From Anaerolineae bacterium (lineage in GTDB: Bacteria; Chloroflexota; Anaerolineae; VGOG01): 64,000 bases of DNA. The DNA lies in assembly GCA_034431315.1 (NCBI GenBank), contig DAOUDK010000119.1, positions 28,873 to 92,872 on the forward strand. The letters run 5' to 3'. Of this stretch, positions 1 through 7,834 are shown piece by piece. The notes under the pieces were generated by a model that did no database searches, had not been told where the DNA came from, and saw only the letters and a program-made list of their open reading frames with translations. Within the stretch, counting starts at the first letter, position 1. The number at the start of each line of letters is the position of its first letter. The translations under genes and the position numbers were made by a program.

Positions 1-1862
1 CCGGAGTCATCTATGGCGATGGCAGAGACAGAGTTAGACACTAACCCAGAATTCGAGGTGTCGTAGGTCGTCCAGGTACTCCCATCGAACTTGCTCAGCC
101 CGCCCCCAGTGCCGAACCACTTGTTCCCTTCCCCATCAATGGTGATGCACCGGACATAGTTACTCGCCAGACCAGAGTTTGAGGTGTTGTAGGTTGTCCA
201 GGTAGCACCATCGAACTTGCTCACGCCGTTGGAGGTACCGAACCACTTGTTCCCCTCCTGGTCTATGGCAATGGCGTTGATAGGATTGTACGCCAATCCT
301 AACTCTACAGCATAAACAGGTGTGCCCGCAAAGACATCCTGCCGTAAAGGTGGGGCGATTTTAATAGAGCCGGACTCATGCAACGAGCGGTAGCTGATGT
401 GTGGATACTCGCCCTCATCCAGGGCTAGGGAGGTGTAGCGGCGCTCAAAGCCGTCCAGCCCTGGTTCCACGGTCTCGATGTGCCAGCCAGAGGCGGCCTG
501 GTAGGCGTACTTCAGGTCGCTGTTGGTGTAGTCATAGTAGCTGATGTGCGGATACCCGCCCTCATCCAGGGCCAGGGAGGTGTCCCTGCCGACATTCCCT
601 TCGCTGTCCACGGTCTGGATGTGCCAGCCGGAGGCGTCCTGGTAGGCGTACCTCAGGTTGCCGTTGGTGCGGTCGTAGTAGCTGATGTGCGGATACCCGC
701 TCCCATCCAGGGCCAGAGAGGTGTACGTGCCTCCCTCGCTGTCCACGGTCTGGATGTGCCAGCCGGAGGCGTTCTGGTAGGCGTACTTCAGGTCCCGGTT
801 GGTGCTGTCGTAGTAGCTGATGTGCGGATACCCGTTCCCATCCAGGGCCAGGGAGGTGTACTCGCCGACAATTCCCCCGCTGTCCACAAACTCGATGTGC
901 CAGCCGGAGGCGTCCTGGTAGGCGTACTTCAGGCCCCCGCCGCTGCTCCCGCCGCGATAGCTGATGTGCGGATACCCGCCCCCATCCAGGGCCAGGGAGG
1001 TGTAGCTGCCCCCCTCGCTATCCACGGTCTCGATGTGCCAGCCGGAGGCATCCTGGTAGGCGTACTTCAGGTCGTAGTTGGTGCGGTCGCAGTAGCTGAT
1101 GTGCGGATACCCGCTCCCATCCAGGGCCAGGGAGGTGTACTTGCCGACATCCCCTCCGCTGTCCACGGTTTCGATGTGCCAGCCGGAGGCGTCCTGGTAG
1201 GCGTACCTCAGGTTGCCGTTGGTGCGGTCGTAGTAGCTGATGTGCGGATACCCGCTCCCATCCAGGGCCAGGGAGGTGAACAGGCCGACATCCTCCTCGC
1301 TGTCCACAATCTGGGTGCGCCAGCCAGTGGCGTCCTGGTAGGCATACTTCAGGTCGCGGTTGGCGCTATACGACCTGTAGCGATAGAAGGTGGGATCGTC
1401 CCCGAACATGAAGTAGCCGGATGCAAGGGCAGCATTAGCTTCCTCTCTGCTGGCGAAGCCTACGGGGACCCATTCACTCCCAACCGGGGTATCTTCGGTC
1501 ACAGTAGCGACCTGGTCTCCCCGCTGGCTGGTGTTTTCAACGGTGTAGGTCGTCCAGTTCTCCCCGTCGAAGACGCTGACGCCCTTGTTAGTACCGAACC
1601 ACATGTTGTCTCCGTCCGCAGCCATGGACAGGACGTTATCGGACACTAATCCTGAGTTTGAAGTGTCGTAGGTCGTCCAGGTGCCTTCGTCAGTGTGGTG
1701 GAGGTTAGCGGCCTGGGATGAAGAAGCCAGCTTGCTACGAAGAGCACGAGGGAGCCCACGCTCAAGGGTGGTCAGAAGGGCCACCAGAAGAACAGAGGCC
1801 ACCATGAAATACAGCAATCTGGTGAGTATGGCAGTGATCCACTTGATAGTCGGCTTAATCAT
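1..1862 (-). CDS. Partial (C-terminus runs off window start) membrane-anchored/secreted beta-propeller repeat protein; ~40-aa tandem repeats ([47 protein letters not shown]) flanked by Reg_prop-like motifs ([19 protein letters not shown]..W)
   Basis: Own reverse-strand translation from ATG (fwd cat 1860-1862) with GGGAGG 7 nt upstream; N-terminal TM/signal segment; 120-bp DNA tandem repeats 480-1400; no stop before window edge (hence absent from ORF track). Confidence 0.55.
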   Translation of the reverse strand, partial: [620 protein letters not shown]

Positions 1863-1876
1863 AGAAATCCTCCCTG

Positions 1877-3664
1877 TTATTCACCGCCTACCGGCGGCAG
1901 CTCTTGCTTCACCCACAAAACCAGGTTGTCGGTTTGCACCGGCGTTGGGGCCTGGCGATAGAACAGCCAGTCCATCAGGCCGGATCCTGAGAGGCCCTGA
2001 AATTTCCAGGAGGACGCCAGCGCAAAATCCTGCCCGCTGTACTGGGCTCCCAGGGTCGGTTCCTGCTCCCCAGCCGGAGCGATAACCACCGTTGTATCTA
2101 TGGAAGGGCTGAGCTGGGCCACGAATTCGACATCCTCGAAATCGCGCAGGTACCAGGCCAAAGCAGGCCCCGCACCCTGATGCACGGTCACAGCAACAGA
2201 CCTGGAATCACCTTCCCTGCTGGATACCATCTCCACGGTCTCCACCAGGTCGAATAGCTCACGAGAGGTGGGGGAAGCAAGCATGATCTCGTGGGGGTCA
2301 CTGCTGCGCTGATAGTTCAAGTAACAACTGATGCTCACGGTCAGGAAAACTAAACTGAGCAGCAAGACCAGTCCTCCCGCCCGCAAGGCTGGCCCCGGCC
2401 CGAAGGAGATCCAATAGAGCACGAACAAACCAACCAGAATAAGCACGGCTACCAGGGCCAACCACAGGTAATTGCGCCCGCCCCTGGAGGCATAGCCACC
2501 CAATTCCAGACCCAAGTACACGACCATGGGGAACGCCAGAGCCACGAACAGACCTTCCCGCACCCAGGAAGCTCGCGCCACCAGCTCATCGAGCAGACGA
2601 CCGATGAACGCGCCCGCCAGCAAAGCCAGCGGCAACACGATCAGCAAGACATCGCCCGGCCCTCGACCGCCGGCGACGAGGTAGACCAAAAACGCCACCA
2701 TCGTCCAATAGGCCAGGAAAAGGGAGAAGAAGTCGCGCCGCTTCAGCAGGTAGACCACCGCTGCCAGGCCGAAGACGAGGATCAACGGTTCGTAGACGAT
2801 CAGCAACTGGAGGTGGTAGTACCACGGCTGGCCCCCAGCCTGCGGCTGGAAAGCAGACAGCCAGGCAGTGAACAGGTCTATGCCATCCTGCAAGCCTGAG
2901 AGGTGAAGCAAGAAGCCTGTGCAAACCAGGACAAAGATGAGGACGAATAAGGCTGCGCAATCTCTCAACAAGCCGTTTGTCCCGCGCGCTGCCTGCCAGG
3001 CGTCGGAAATCCTCTGCCAATACTCGCTGGTGCCTGAGAACCTGTTGGCCAGAGCGAGCACCAGCCCGACGGTGGCGACGATGAGGATGAAGGTATAGGC
3101 CCCTGCCCCCGCGCTCAAGGCCAGGCCCAGAGCAGTTGCCACCAGGTACAGATGTTTTGGCTGCCTCTGGTCGAGATAGCCAAACAGCCCCCAGGTTATG
3201 GCCAGGGCGCAGGCCGCCACGACGATCTCGCCCCCTAGATAGCGGGAGAAGAAGAGGGTCGAGGGTGAAATTGCCAGGAGAAACGAGGCCGCCAGAGCGC
3301 CCATCCGCCCCAGACGATGGCGCAGGAAGTAAGGCCCGATCACCAGCAGCGCTCCGCTTAGGGCCGGCGCCAGTCGAGCCAGGAAATCATTGGCCCCAAA
3401 CAAGGCAAAGAGGAACATGTTGCTGGTGAAGAGAATAGGGCTGGATTGTGCCAGGGCCGAGCCCTGAGGTAAGCCTTGCGCGGAGTGCCAGGCGGCCAAC
3501 GCCTGGGCCGCTTCGGGGGCCTGCATGGGCCGATCGCCCAGTCCGTAGAATCGCAGGCCCACCGCCACCAGCGCGATGATGAGATAGAGAGCCACCTCCA
3601 CCGTCAGCGACGACGGCTTGACGATTTGCCTCGTTGTTTCTCTAGTACGTTTCGCTACCGTCAT
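1877..3664 (-). CDS. Polytopic GT-C fold glycosyltransferase-like membrane protein (family 39 / ArnT-PMT-like; TIGR03663-like)
   Basis: 595 aa, many TM helices, N-terminal YGLGDRPMQ..PEAAQALAA motif region typical of phospholipid-carrier-dependent glycosyltransferases; homologous to N-terminal half of the 1504-aa protein at 11388-15902. Confidence 0.55.
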   Translation of the reverse strand: MTVAKRTRETTRQIVKPSSLTVEVALYLIIALVAVGLRFYGLGDRPMQAPEAAQALAAWHSAQGLPQGSALAQSSPILFTSNMFLFALFGANDFLARLAPALSGALLVIGPYFLRHRLGRMGALAASFLLAISPSTLFFSRYLGGEIVVAACALAITWGLFGYLDQRQPKHLYLVATALGLALSAGAGAYTFILIVATVGLVLALANRFSGTSEYWQRISDAWQAARGTNGLLRDCAALFVLIFVLVCTGFLLHLSGLQDGIDLFTAWLSAFQPQAGGQPWYYHLQLLIVYEPLILVFGLAAVVYLLKRRDFFSLFLAYWTMVAFLVYLVAGGRGPGDVLLIVLPLALLAGAFIGRLLDELVARASWVREGLFVALAFPMVVYLGLELGGYASRGGRNYLWLALVAVLILVGLFVLYWISFGPGPALRAGGLVLLLSLVFLTVSISCYLNYQRSSDPHEIMLASPTSRELFDLVETVEMVSSREGDSRSVAVTVHQGAGPALAWYLRDFEDVEFVAQLSPSIDTTVVIAPAGEQEPTLGAQYSGQDFALASSWKFQGLSGSGLMDWLFYRQAPTPVQTDNLVLWVKQELPPVGGE

Positions 3665-3680
3665 ATCTTTGTTCCTTCCA

Positions 3681-3927
3681 TCACTACAACGAATTGAGAA
3701 AGGAACGAATTTCCTACGGAGAAACCAGGTTTTTCCCCTACTTGAATGGGCGCACTATTGCTTTTGAGGCTCTCCACGGTGCGGAAAGTCATATCTTCTT
3801 CAGCCAAAAACCTGGTTTCTGAACCCCGTCGCCGAAGTCGCCAGTCCAGCGTCCGCTTGGAGCTTGCAGGAAAGCGATTCCACTGCCAAGTTGCTCTCAA
3901 TTCGTTTGTTTCTAAATTCGCTGTAGT
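3681..3927. repeat. MITE-like palindromic intergenic element, full copy 1 (end A CACTACAACGAATTGAGAAAGGAACGAAT at left, inverted end B at right; internal GAAACCAGGTTTTT / AAAAACCTGGTTTC inverted module)
   Basis: Ends match copies at 24779-25012 (opposite orientation), 27233-27300 (minimal), 32847-32895 (solo end B); fills entire intergenic gap between 3664 and 3938. Confidence 0.7.
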
Positions 3928-3937
3928 TTCGGCTCAC

Positions 3938-6514
3938 CTACGGCCGCCGTTTATAAATGGTCACATTCCCCTGCTGGAAAGCCACGTCCATGAAGCGGTC
4001 GAATTTGGCCAGGGCCGCCGGGTTGTACTTGCCTCGCTCCAATGAGCCCACATAGACATAGGTTATACCATATTTTTCAAATAGCGTCAAGATACGCTGG
4101 ACGTCCGTGCTGCTGTAGATCGCGTTTATGTCAGGCTCGCGGCGGCCTGGCTCGTCGTAGTTTCCCCGCCACTGCAACTCGTGGCCGCCCCAACCCAACA
4201 CCGTGGGCAGTCCCGTGCGGCTGGAGACCCGCGCGTACTCGGTGAAGGAGCCGCCCGTGACCTCCAGGATGACCGGCGTGCCCGACACGTTTTCGTTGAG
4301 CCATTGGACGGCGGCATACTCGTCGGGGGAATGTTGGCGCACCCAGGCCAGGCCATCCAGGGTCGGCTGGGGAGCAAAGCCACCGGCCTTGTCGAACCCC
4401 GCGGCCAGGGGGTAGACCATGCCCAGGACGACGAGCACCGCCACGCCCACCAGGAACAGCGAGCGGCCCAATCCTTTCGCCTTTTCGATGACGTAATACA
4501 CCCCGTAGGCACTGGCCAGAGCCAGCAGCACCCAGGCCTGATAATAGAACTTGAACACGGTGTTCATGCGAGTGCCGAAGGTGTCCCGCAGGTAGACGAA
4601 CTCCACGCTGAGGGTGAGCACCAGGCCGGTGGCGATAATGAGCAACACGAAGAGGGTGCTCGGCTCGGCGATTCTCCCCTCACCTTTCCCCGCTCGCAAT
4701 CTCCGCCAGAGCAGGGCCACGACCCAGGCGATCAGCAGGGCCAGGAAGAGCCAGGTCCAGGGGTTGCCAAGCCGGATGGTGATGAGCTTTCTGATCAGCG
4801 AGGCCCAATCGGCCCCGCCGATCTGCTGCCGCACCATCTCGTTCGCCAGGATGCCTCGCAGAAAGGCCTGCCCCCCGGCGGTGAGCGTGACGAGGGCGAT
4901 GGATCCCAGGATGGCCAAAGGTGGCAAGAGTATGGTCCAAAACAGAGTCTTCAGGCCGCTACTCACCAGCTTCTTGCTCTCGACCTCGACTCTCAGCCGT
5001 TTCGTCGCCAACGCTACAAAGCCAATGACCACGAACACGAACGGCCCGAAAAAGATCAAGTACTGGTGCAACCTGGTAGGGTTGAACAGGTTGGGCAGGA
5101 TGCCCCCGGCCTGCGACTGGAAGCCAACGTAGAAGGGCAGGTAGAGGAGGCCGCCGAGGAGCGCCAGGCCCACGACTGTGTAAACGACGTCCCTCACCAA
5201 AGCCCAGTTGATTTTGCCATAGTACCCATAGCGGTGCAGTCCGTAGGTCACCGCCACCAGGAGCAGGTAGATGGGGAAGTCCCAGGTGTTGAGGAAGGCC
5301 AGTGCTCCCAGGCAGAGGGCGTGGAGGAGGGGATGTTGGAGGTTGGAAAATGGAGATTGGATATTGGAGATTAGAGCTTGGATATTGGATATTGGAAGTT
5401 GGAGGTTGGAGGTTGGAGTTTGGAGTTTGGAGTTTAGTATATTTAGCGCCAGGGCCAGGGCCAGCAGGACGAAGGGCAGGGCTAACACGTGGGGGTGCAT
5501 GTCGCCTAGCATGAAGCTGAAGAAGGGGAACTCGTCAATGACCTCCACGCTGTTGCCCAGCAGGTCCTTGTCGTGGATGACGCGGGAGGCGCGCCACCAC
5601 CACCATCCGCTGCCGAGATCGAACCACTTCCCAGTGACCTGCCCCTTGGTCACCAGCTCTTTTATGTCGAGCCAACTCCAAAACCCGGCCGAGCCGAGCC
5701 CTTTGGAGTACAGCACCTCGAAGATGCCTTCCAGGTTGCCGACGATGGCGACGAAAAGGGGACCCAGGAGGGGAACGAGGTAACGAGTTGACGAGTTAAT
5801 GAGTTTTCCTCGTTGCCTCGTTACCTCGTTGCCTCGTTGCCTCGTTACCTCGTTGCCTCGTTGCCTCATTGCCTCGTTGCCTCGTCCCTCAATGAGATTG
5901 TACACCAGCCCGTAGGCCCCCGTCACGGTCAGGGCAAACAGGAGCGTGATGCCCAGGTTGAAGGCGACGGCGGAAGCCACGCCCGACAGCTTGGTGAGCA
6001 GGGCCATCATCAGGTAGCCGAAGTAGTAGTAACTGATGCCGAAGCCGGAGAGCCAGGGGTCGTGGGGAGGGAAGGTGTCGCTGCGCAGGATGGCGTTGAG
6101 GAAGGCGAACTCCATGGGCTTCTCGGTAAGCATGATCTCAGGGCTGTAGGCTCGGAAGAGGGCGAAGAGGAGGAAGGCCAGGGCGAAGAGGGCTTCGTTG
6201 GCGATGACCAGGCGCCTGTTCCCACGCAAGAAGCTGGCTATCCCCGCCTCTCGCTTTCCCCTGGAGTAGAACCACCAGGAGCAGACGGCCACCACCAGGA
6301 TCGAGAAGACGATGCCGCCCCAACTATTGCGCAGGAAGCCGAAACTGGCCCCGATCCAAAGGACATAGCTGGTCAGGAGGATGCCCAGCGGCTTGGCGAA
6401 GGCGTAGCCCCTATCGGGCAGGTTCTTGAACAGCCGATAGGTAAGGGGCAAGGCCGCCAGGCCAAGTATCTCAATTATGAACCACCAAATCAAAACAGGA
6501 ATCAAAATTGCCAC
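3938..6514 (-). CDS. DUF2298-type large polytopic membrane protein (paralog of C-terminal half of 11388-15902 protein)
   Basis: 858 aa, >15 predicted TM helices, conserved C-terminal YVYVGSLERGKYNPAALAKFDRFM shared with 1504-aa paralog (YIYVGQLERTVYDAAGLAKFDEMV). Confidence 0.55.
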   Translation of the reverse strand: MAILIPVLIWWFIIEILGLAALPLTYRLFKNLPDRGYAFAKPLGILLTSYVLWIGASFGFLRNSWGGIVFSILVVAVCSWWFYSRGKREAGIASFLRGNRRLVIANEALFALAFLLFALFRAYSPEIMLTEKPMEFAFLNAILRSDTFPPHDPWLSGFGISYYYFGYLMMALLTKLSGVASAVAFNLGITLLFALTVTGAYGLVYNLIEGRGNEAMRQRGNEVTRQRGNEVTRQRGKLINSSTRYLVPLLGPLFVAIVGNLEGIFEVLYSKGLGSAGFWSWLDIKELVTKGQVTGKWFDLGSGWWWWRASRVIHDKDLLGNSVEVIDEFPFFSFMLGDMHPHVLALPFVLLALALALNILNSKLQTPTSNLQLPISNIQALISNIQSPFSNLQHPLLHALCLGALAFLNTWDFPIYLLLVAVTYGLHRYGYYGKINWALVRDVVYTVVGLALLGGLLYLPFYVGFQSQAGGILPNLFNPTRLHQYLIFFGPFVFVVIGFVALATKRLRVEVESKKLVSSGLKTLFWTILLPPLAILGSIALVTLTAGGQAFLRGILANEMVRQQIGGADWASLIRKLITIRLGNPWTWLFLALLIAWVVALLWRRLRAGKGEGRIAEPSTLFVLLIIATGLVLTLSVEFVYLRDTFGTRMNTVFKFYYQAWVLLALASAYGVYYVIEKAKGLGRSLFLVGVAVLVVLGMVYPLAAGFDKAGGFAPQPTLDGLAWVRQHSPDEYAAVQWLNENVSGTPVILEVTGGSFTEYARVSSRTGLPTVLGWGGHELQWRGNYDEPGRREPDINAIYSSTDVQRILTLFEKYGITYVYVGSLERGKYNPAALAKFDRFMDVAFQQGNVTIYKRRP
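5325..5437. repeat. Hexanucleotide (TTGGAG/TTGGAT)n microsatellite-like repeat inside CDS, in-frame (encodes SNLQ/SNIQ repeats on minus strand)
   Basis: Direct reading: ggaggttggaaaatggagattggatattggagattagagcttggatattggatattggaagttggaggttggaggttggagtttggagtttggagtttag; paralog at the same protein position has a short unrelated loop. Confidence 0.7.
5774..5888. repeat. Tandem 9/24-bp repeat (cctcgttgc / cctcgttac) with an inverted arm, in-frame inside DUF2298 CDS (encodes GNEVTRQR x4)
   Basis: Direct reading; left arm gaacgaggtaacgagttgacgagttaatgag is reverse complement of the tandem units; 40-aa insertion relative to the 1504-aa paralog. Confidence 0.7.
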
Positions 6515-6637
6515 TTTCGTCTCCTACTCCGCATAGGGATGAAAATCTCCTTGCTCAAAGCTCAAGTGCGTCAAGGCGCACTCCCAAGAGTCAGCTTTCT
6601 AGCCGACTTGGGCTTTCAGCCGTAGCTGCCCTACGAC

Positions 6638-7834
6638 TCAGTCTGTGTATTCTGGTTCGTTGATGAATTTCACTAATGGATGAAACGCTTGCATGATACG
6701 GACCACCTCATCAACCAAAGAGCGTCCTTGGTCTTTCCGAGACAGTTCGAGAGCTGAGTCTCTGTCAATTCGTCGTGTCACGGTCAGGTCGGGCAAGGGT
6801 ACTTGTTCCAAGAGCGTCTCGATGTAGCCAAATCCATGCGGCCCTAATTCGGGATCTTTGAGGTAGTCTACTTCCAGTCTAGCAATGCGATGGAAGTCAT
6901 AGAGCGATGCTTGTCTCTGTTTTCGTTCTCCCACTTGGATGAATAGTTCATCAAATAGTTCATCAGGCAGTAGCCTTGAAATAATCTCTCTAAACACTTG
7001 TTTGTCCTGGCGTATTTTCTTTCTCAGTCTAACAATCGCAGGTTTCAGTTCCACGTTGACAAAAACGTCAAGCGCGTAGGCTTTTAGCGATACAGTCTGG
7101 TGAGCCCACTGTCGGTATTTTCGCTTTCCAGGACCAAAGGCGACCCAGCACTCTTCACCTTTGGAACGAAGAGTGCCCACGTCATAGTCTTGGTAGAACG
7201 AATCGAAGTCCCACAGCCGGGCCTGGATCTTTTCGGCAAAAGACTGCACCGTGTCACGCACCCATCGCCTGGTGTCCTGGTCATCGTGAGTGACAAAAAA
7301 GTTGAACATCCCCTCCTCAAGACCAGTAAACTCTGCCAGTATCCGTTTAGGGCCTTTCTCTGGTGTTGCTATCTCCGTACCAGGGGGTGGTAGCTCTTCC
7401 CGATCAGGGGGTAGCTCTTCCCGACGTTCCATCCCCACCTGGATAGCCTTCACTAGCCGTGTCCAACCATCCTCTTCAAACAGGTTCACCCACTGGAATT
7501 TACGCAGCCTTTCTGGCACCTCACAATCTTCCAGCCGTACTGGAATCAGATAGATATCGTCCTCCAACTTCTCCAGCCAGATATTCAGCGCATCCTCGAT
7601 TTCCTTCTGAAGGAAACCTCTTTTCTTGACCGACTTTGCCGACAGACACGCCAGAAAGAAATCAGATCGCTGGATAGCTTTCTGGATACAAGACTGCCAT
7701 ATTTCTCCCGGTAGGATGTCCTTTTTGTCCATCCAGGGTTTGAACCTCGCATCGGATAACTTTTGGTGAAGATTCTTTACCTTTTCTTCATCCTCTCGCG
7801 CATAGCTGAGAAAAATCTGAGTCATTGCTTTCAC
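6638..7834 (-). CDS. TIR-domain protein (N-terminal ~135 aa TIR, C-terminal ~260 aa domain of unknown function)
   Basis: N-terminus MTQIFLSYAREDEEKVKNLHQKL...WMD...I..G..W...I..AI..S..FLACLS..S..K..F..EI fits bacterial TIR hallmarks; GTG start overlaps TGA stop of upstream gene (GTGA) with GGAGG 7 nt upstream; GC visibly lower than flanks. Confidence 0.65.
   Translation of the reverse strand: MKAMTQIFLSYAREDEEKVKNLHQKLSDARFKPWMDKKDILPGEIWQSCIQKAIQRSDFFLACLSAKSVKKRGFLQKEIEDALNIWLEKLEDDIYLIPVRLEDCEVPERLRKFQWVNLFEEDGWTRLVKAIQVGMERREELPPDREELPPPGTEIATPEKGPKRILAEFTGLEEGMFNFFVTHDDQDTRRWVRDTVQSFAEKIQARLWDFDSFYQDYDVGTLRSKGEECWVAFGPGKRKYRQWAHQTVSLKAYALDVFVNVELKPAIVRLRKKIRQDKQVFREIISRLLPDELFDELFIQVGERKQRQASLYDFHRIARLEVDYLKDPELGPHGFGYIETLLEQVPLPDLTVTRRIDRDSALELSRKDQGRSLVDEVVRIMQAFHPLVKFINEPEYTD

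Noticed and set aside
480-1400. Regular ~120-bp direct repeats that could be mistaken for a CRISPR array
   Set aside because: The repeats are contiguous with no spacers, are coding (40-aa protein repeats), and are too long. No cas genes are nearby.
480-1649. 389-aa plus-strand ORF with striking internal repeats
   Set aside because: Wrong-strand and wrong-frame shadow of the 120-bp tandem repeats. Its translation is low-complexity (VGVLQV..ADVRIP) whereas the minus strand gives a coherent beta-propeller repeat protein with RBS and signal segment.
3661-4045. Small ORFs 3661-3900 (-) and 3746-4045 (+), and 24794-25102 (-)
   Set aside because: They lie entirely within the MITE-like repeat elements, have no RBS, and their sequence is palindromic.
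4181-5374. 397-aa plus-strand ORF antisense to DUF2298 gene (also 12891-14990, 4126-4512, 46648-47625, 35839-36492 and similar)
   Set aside because: These are typical long antisense ORFs in high-GC DNA. Their translations are Arg/Gly/Pro-rich low complexity, they lack an RBS, and they overlap well-supported genes.
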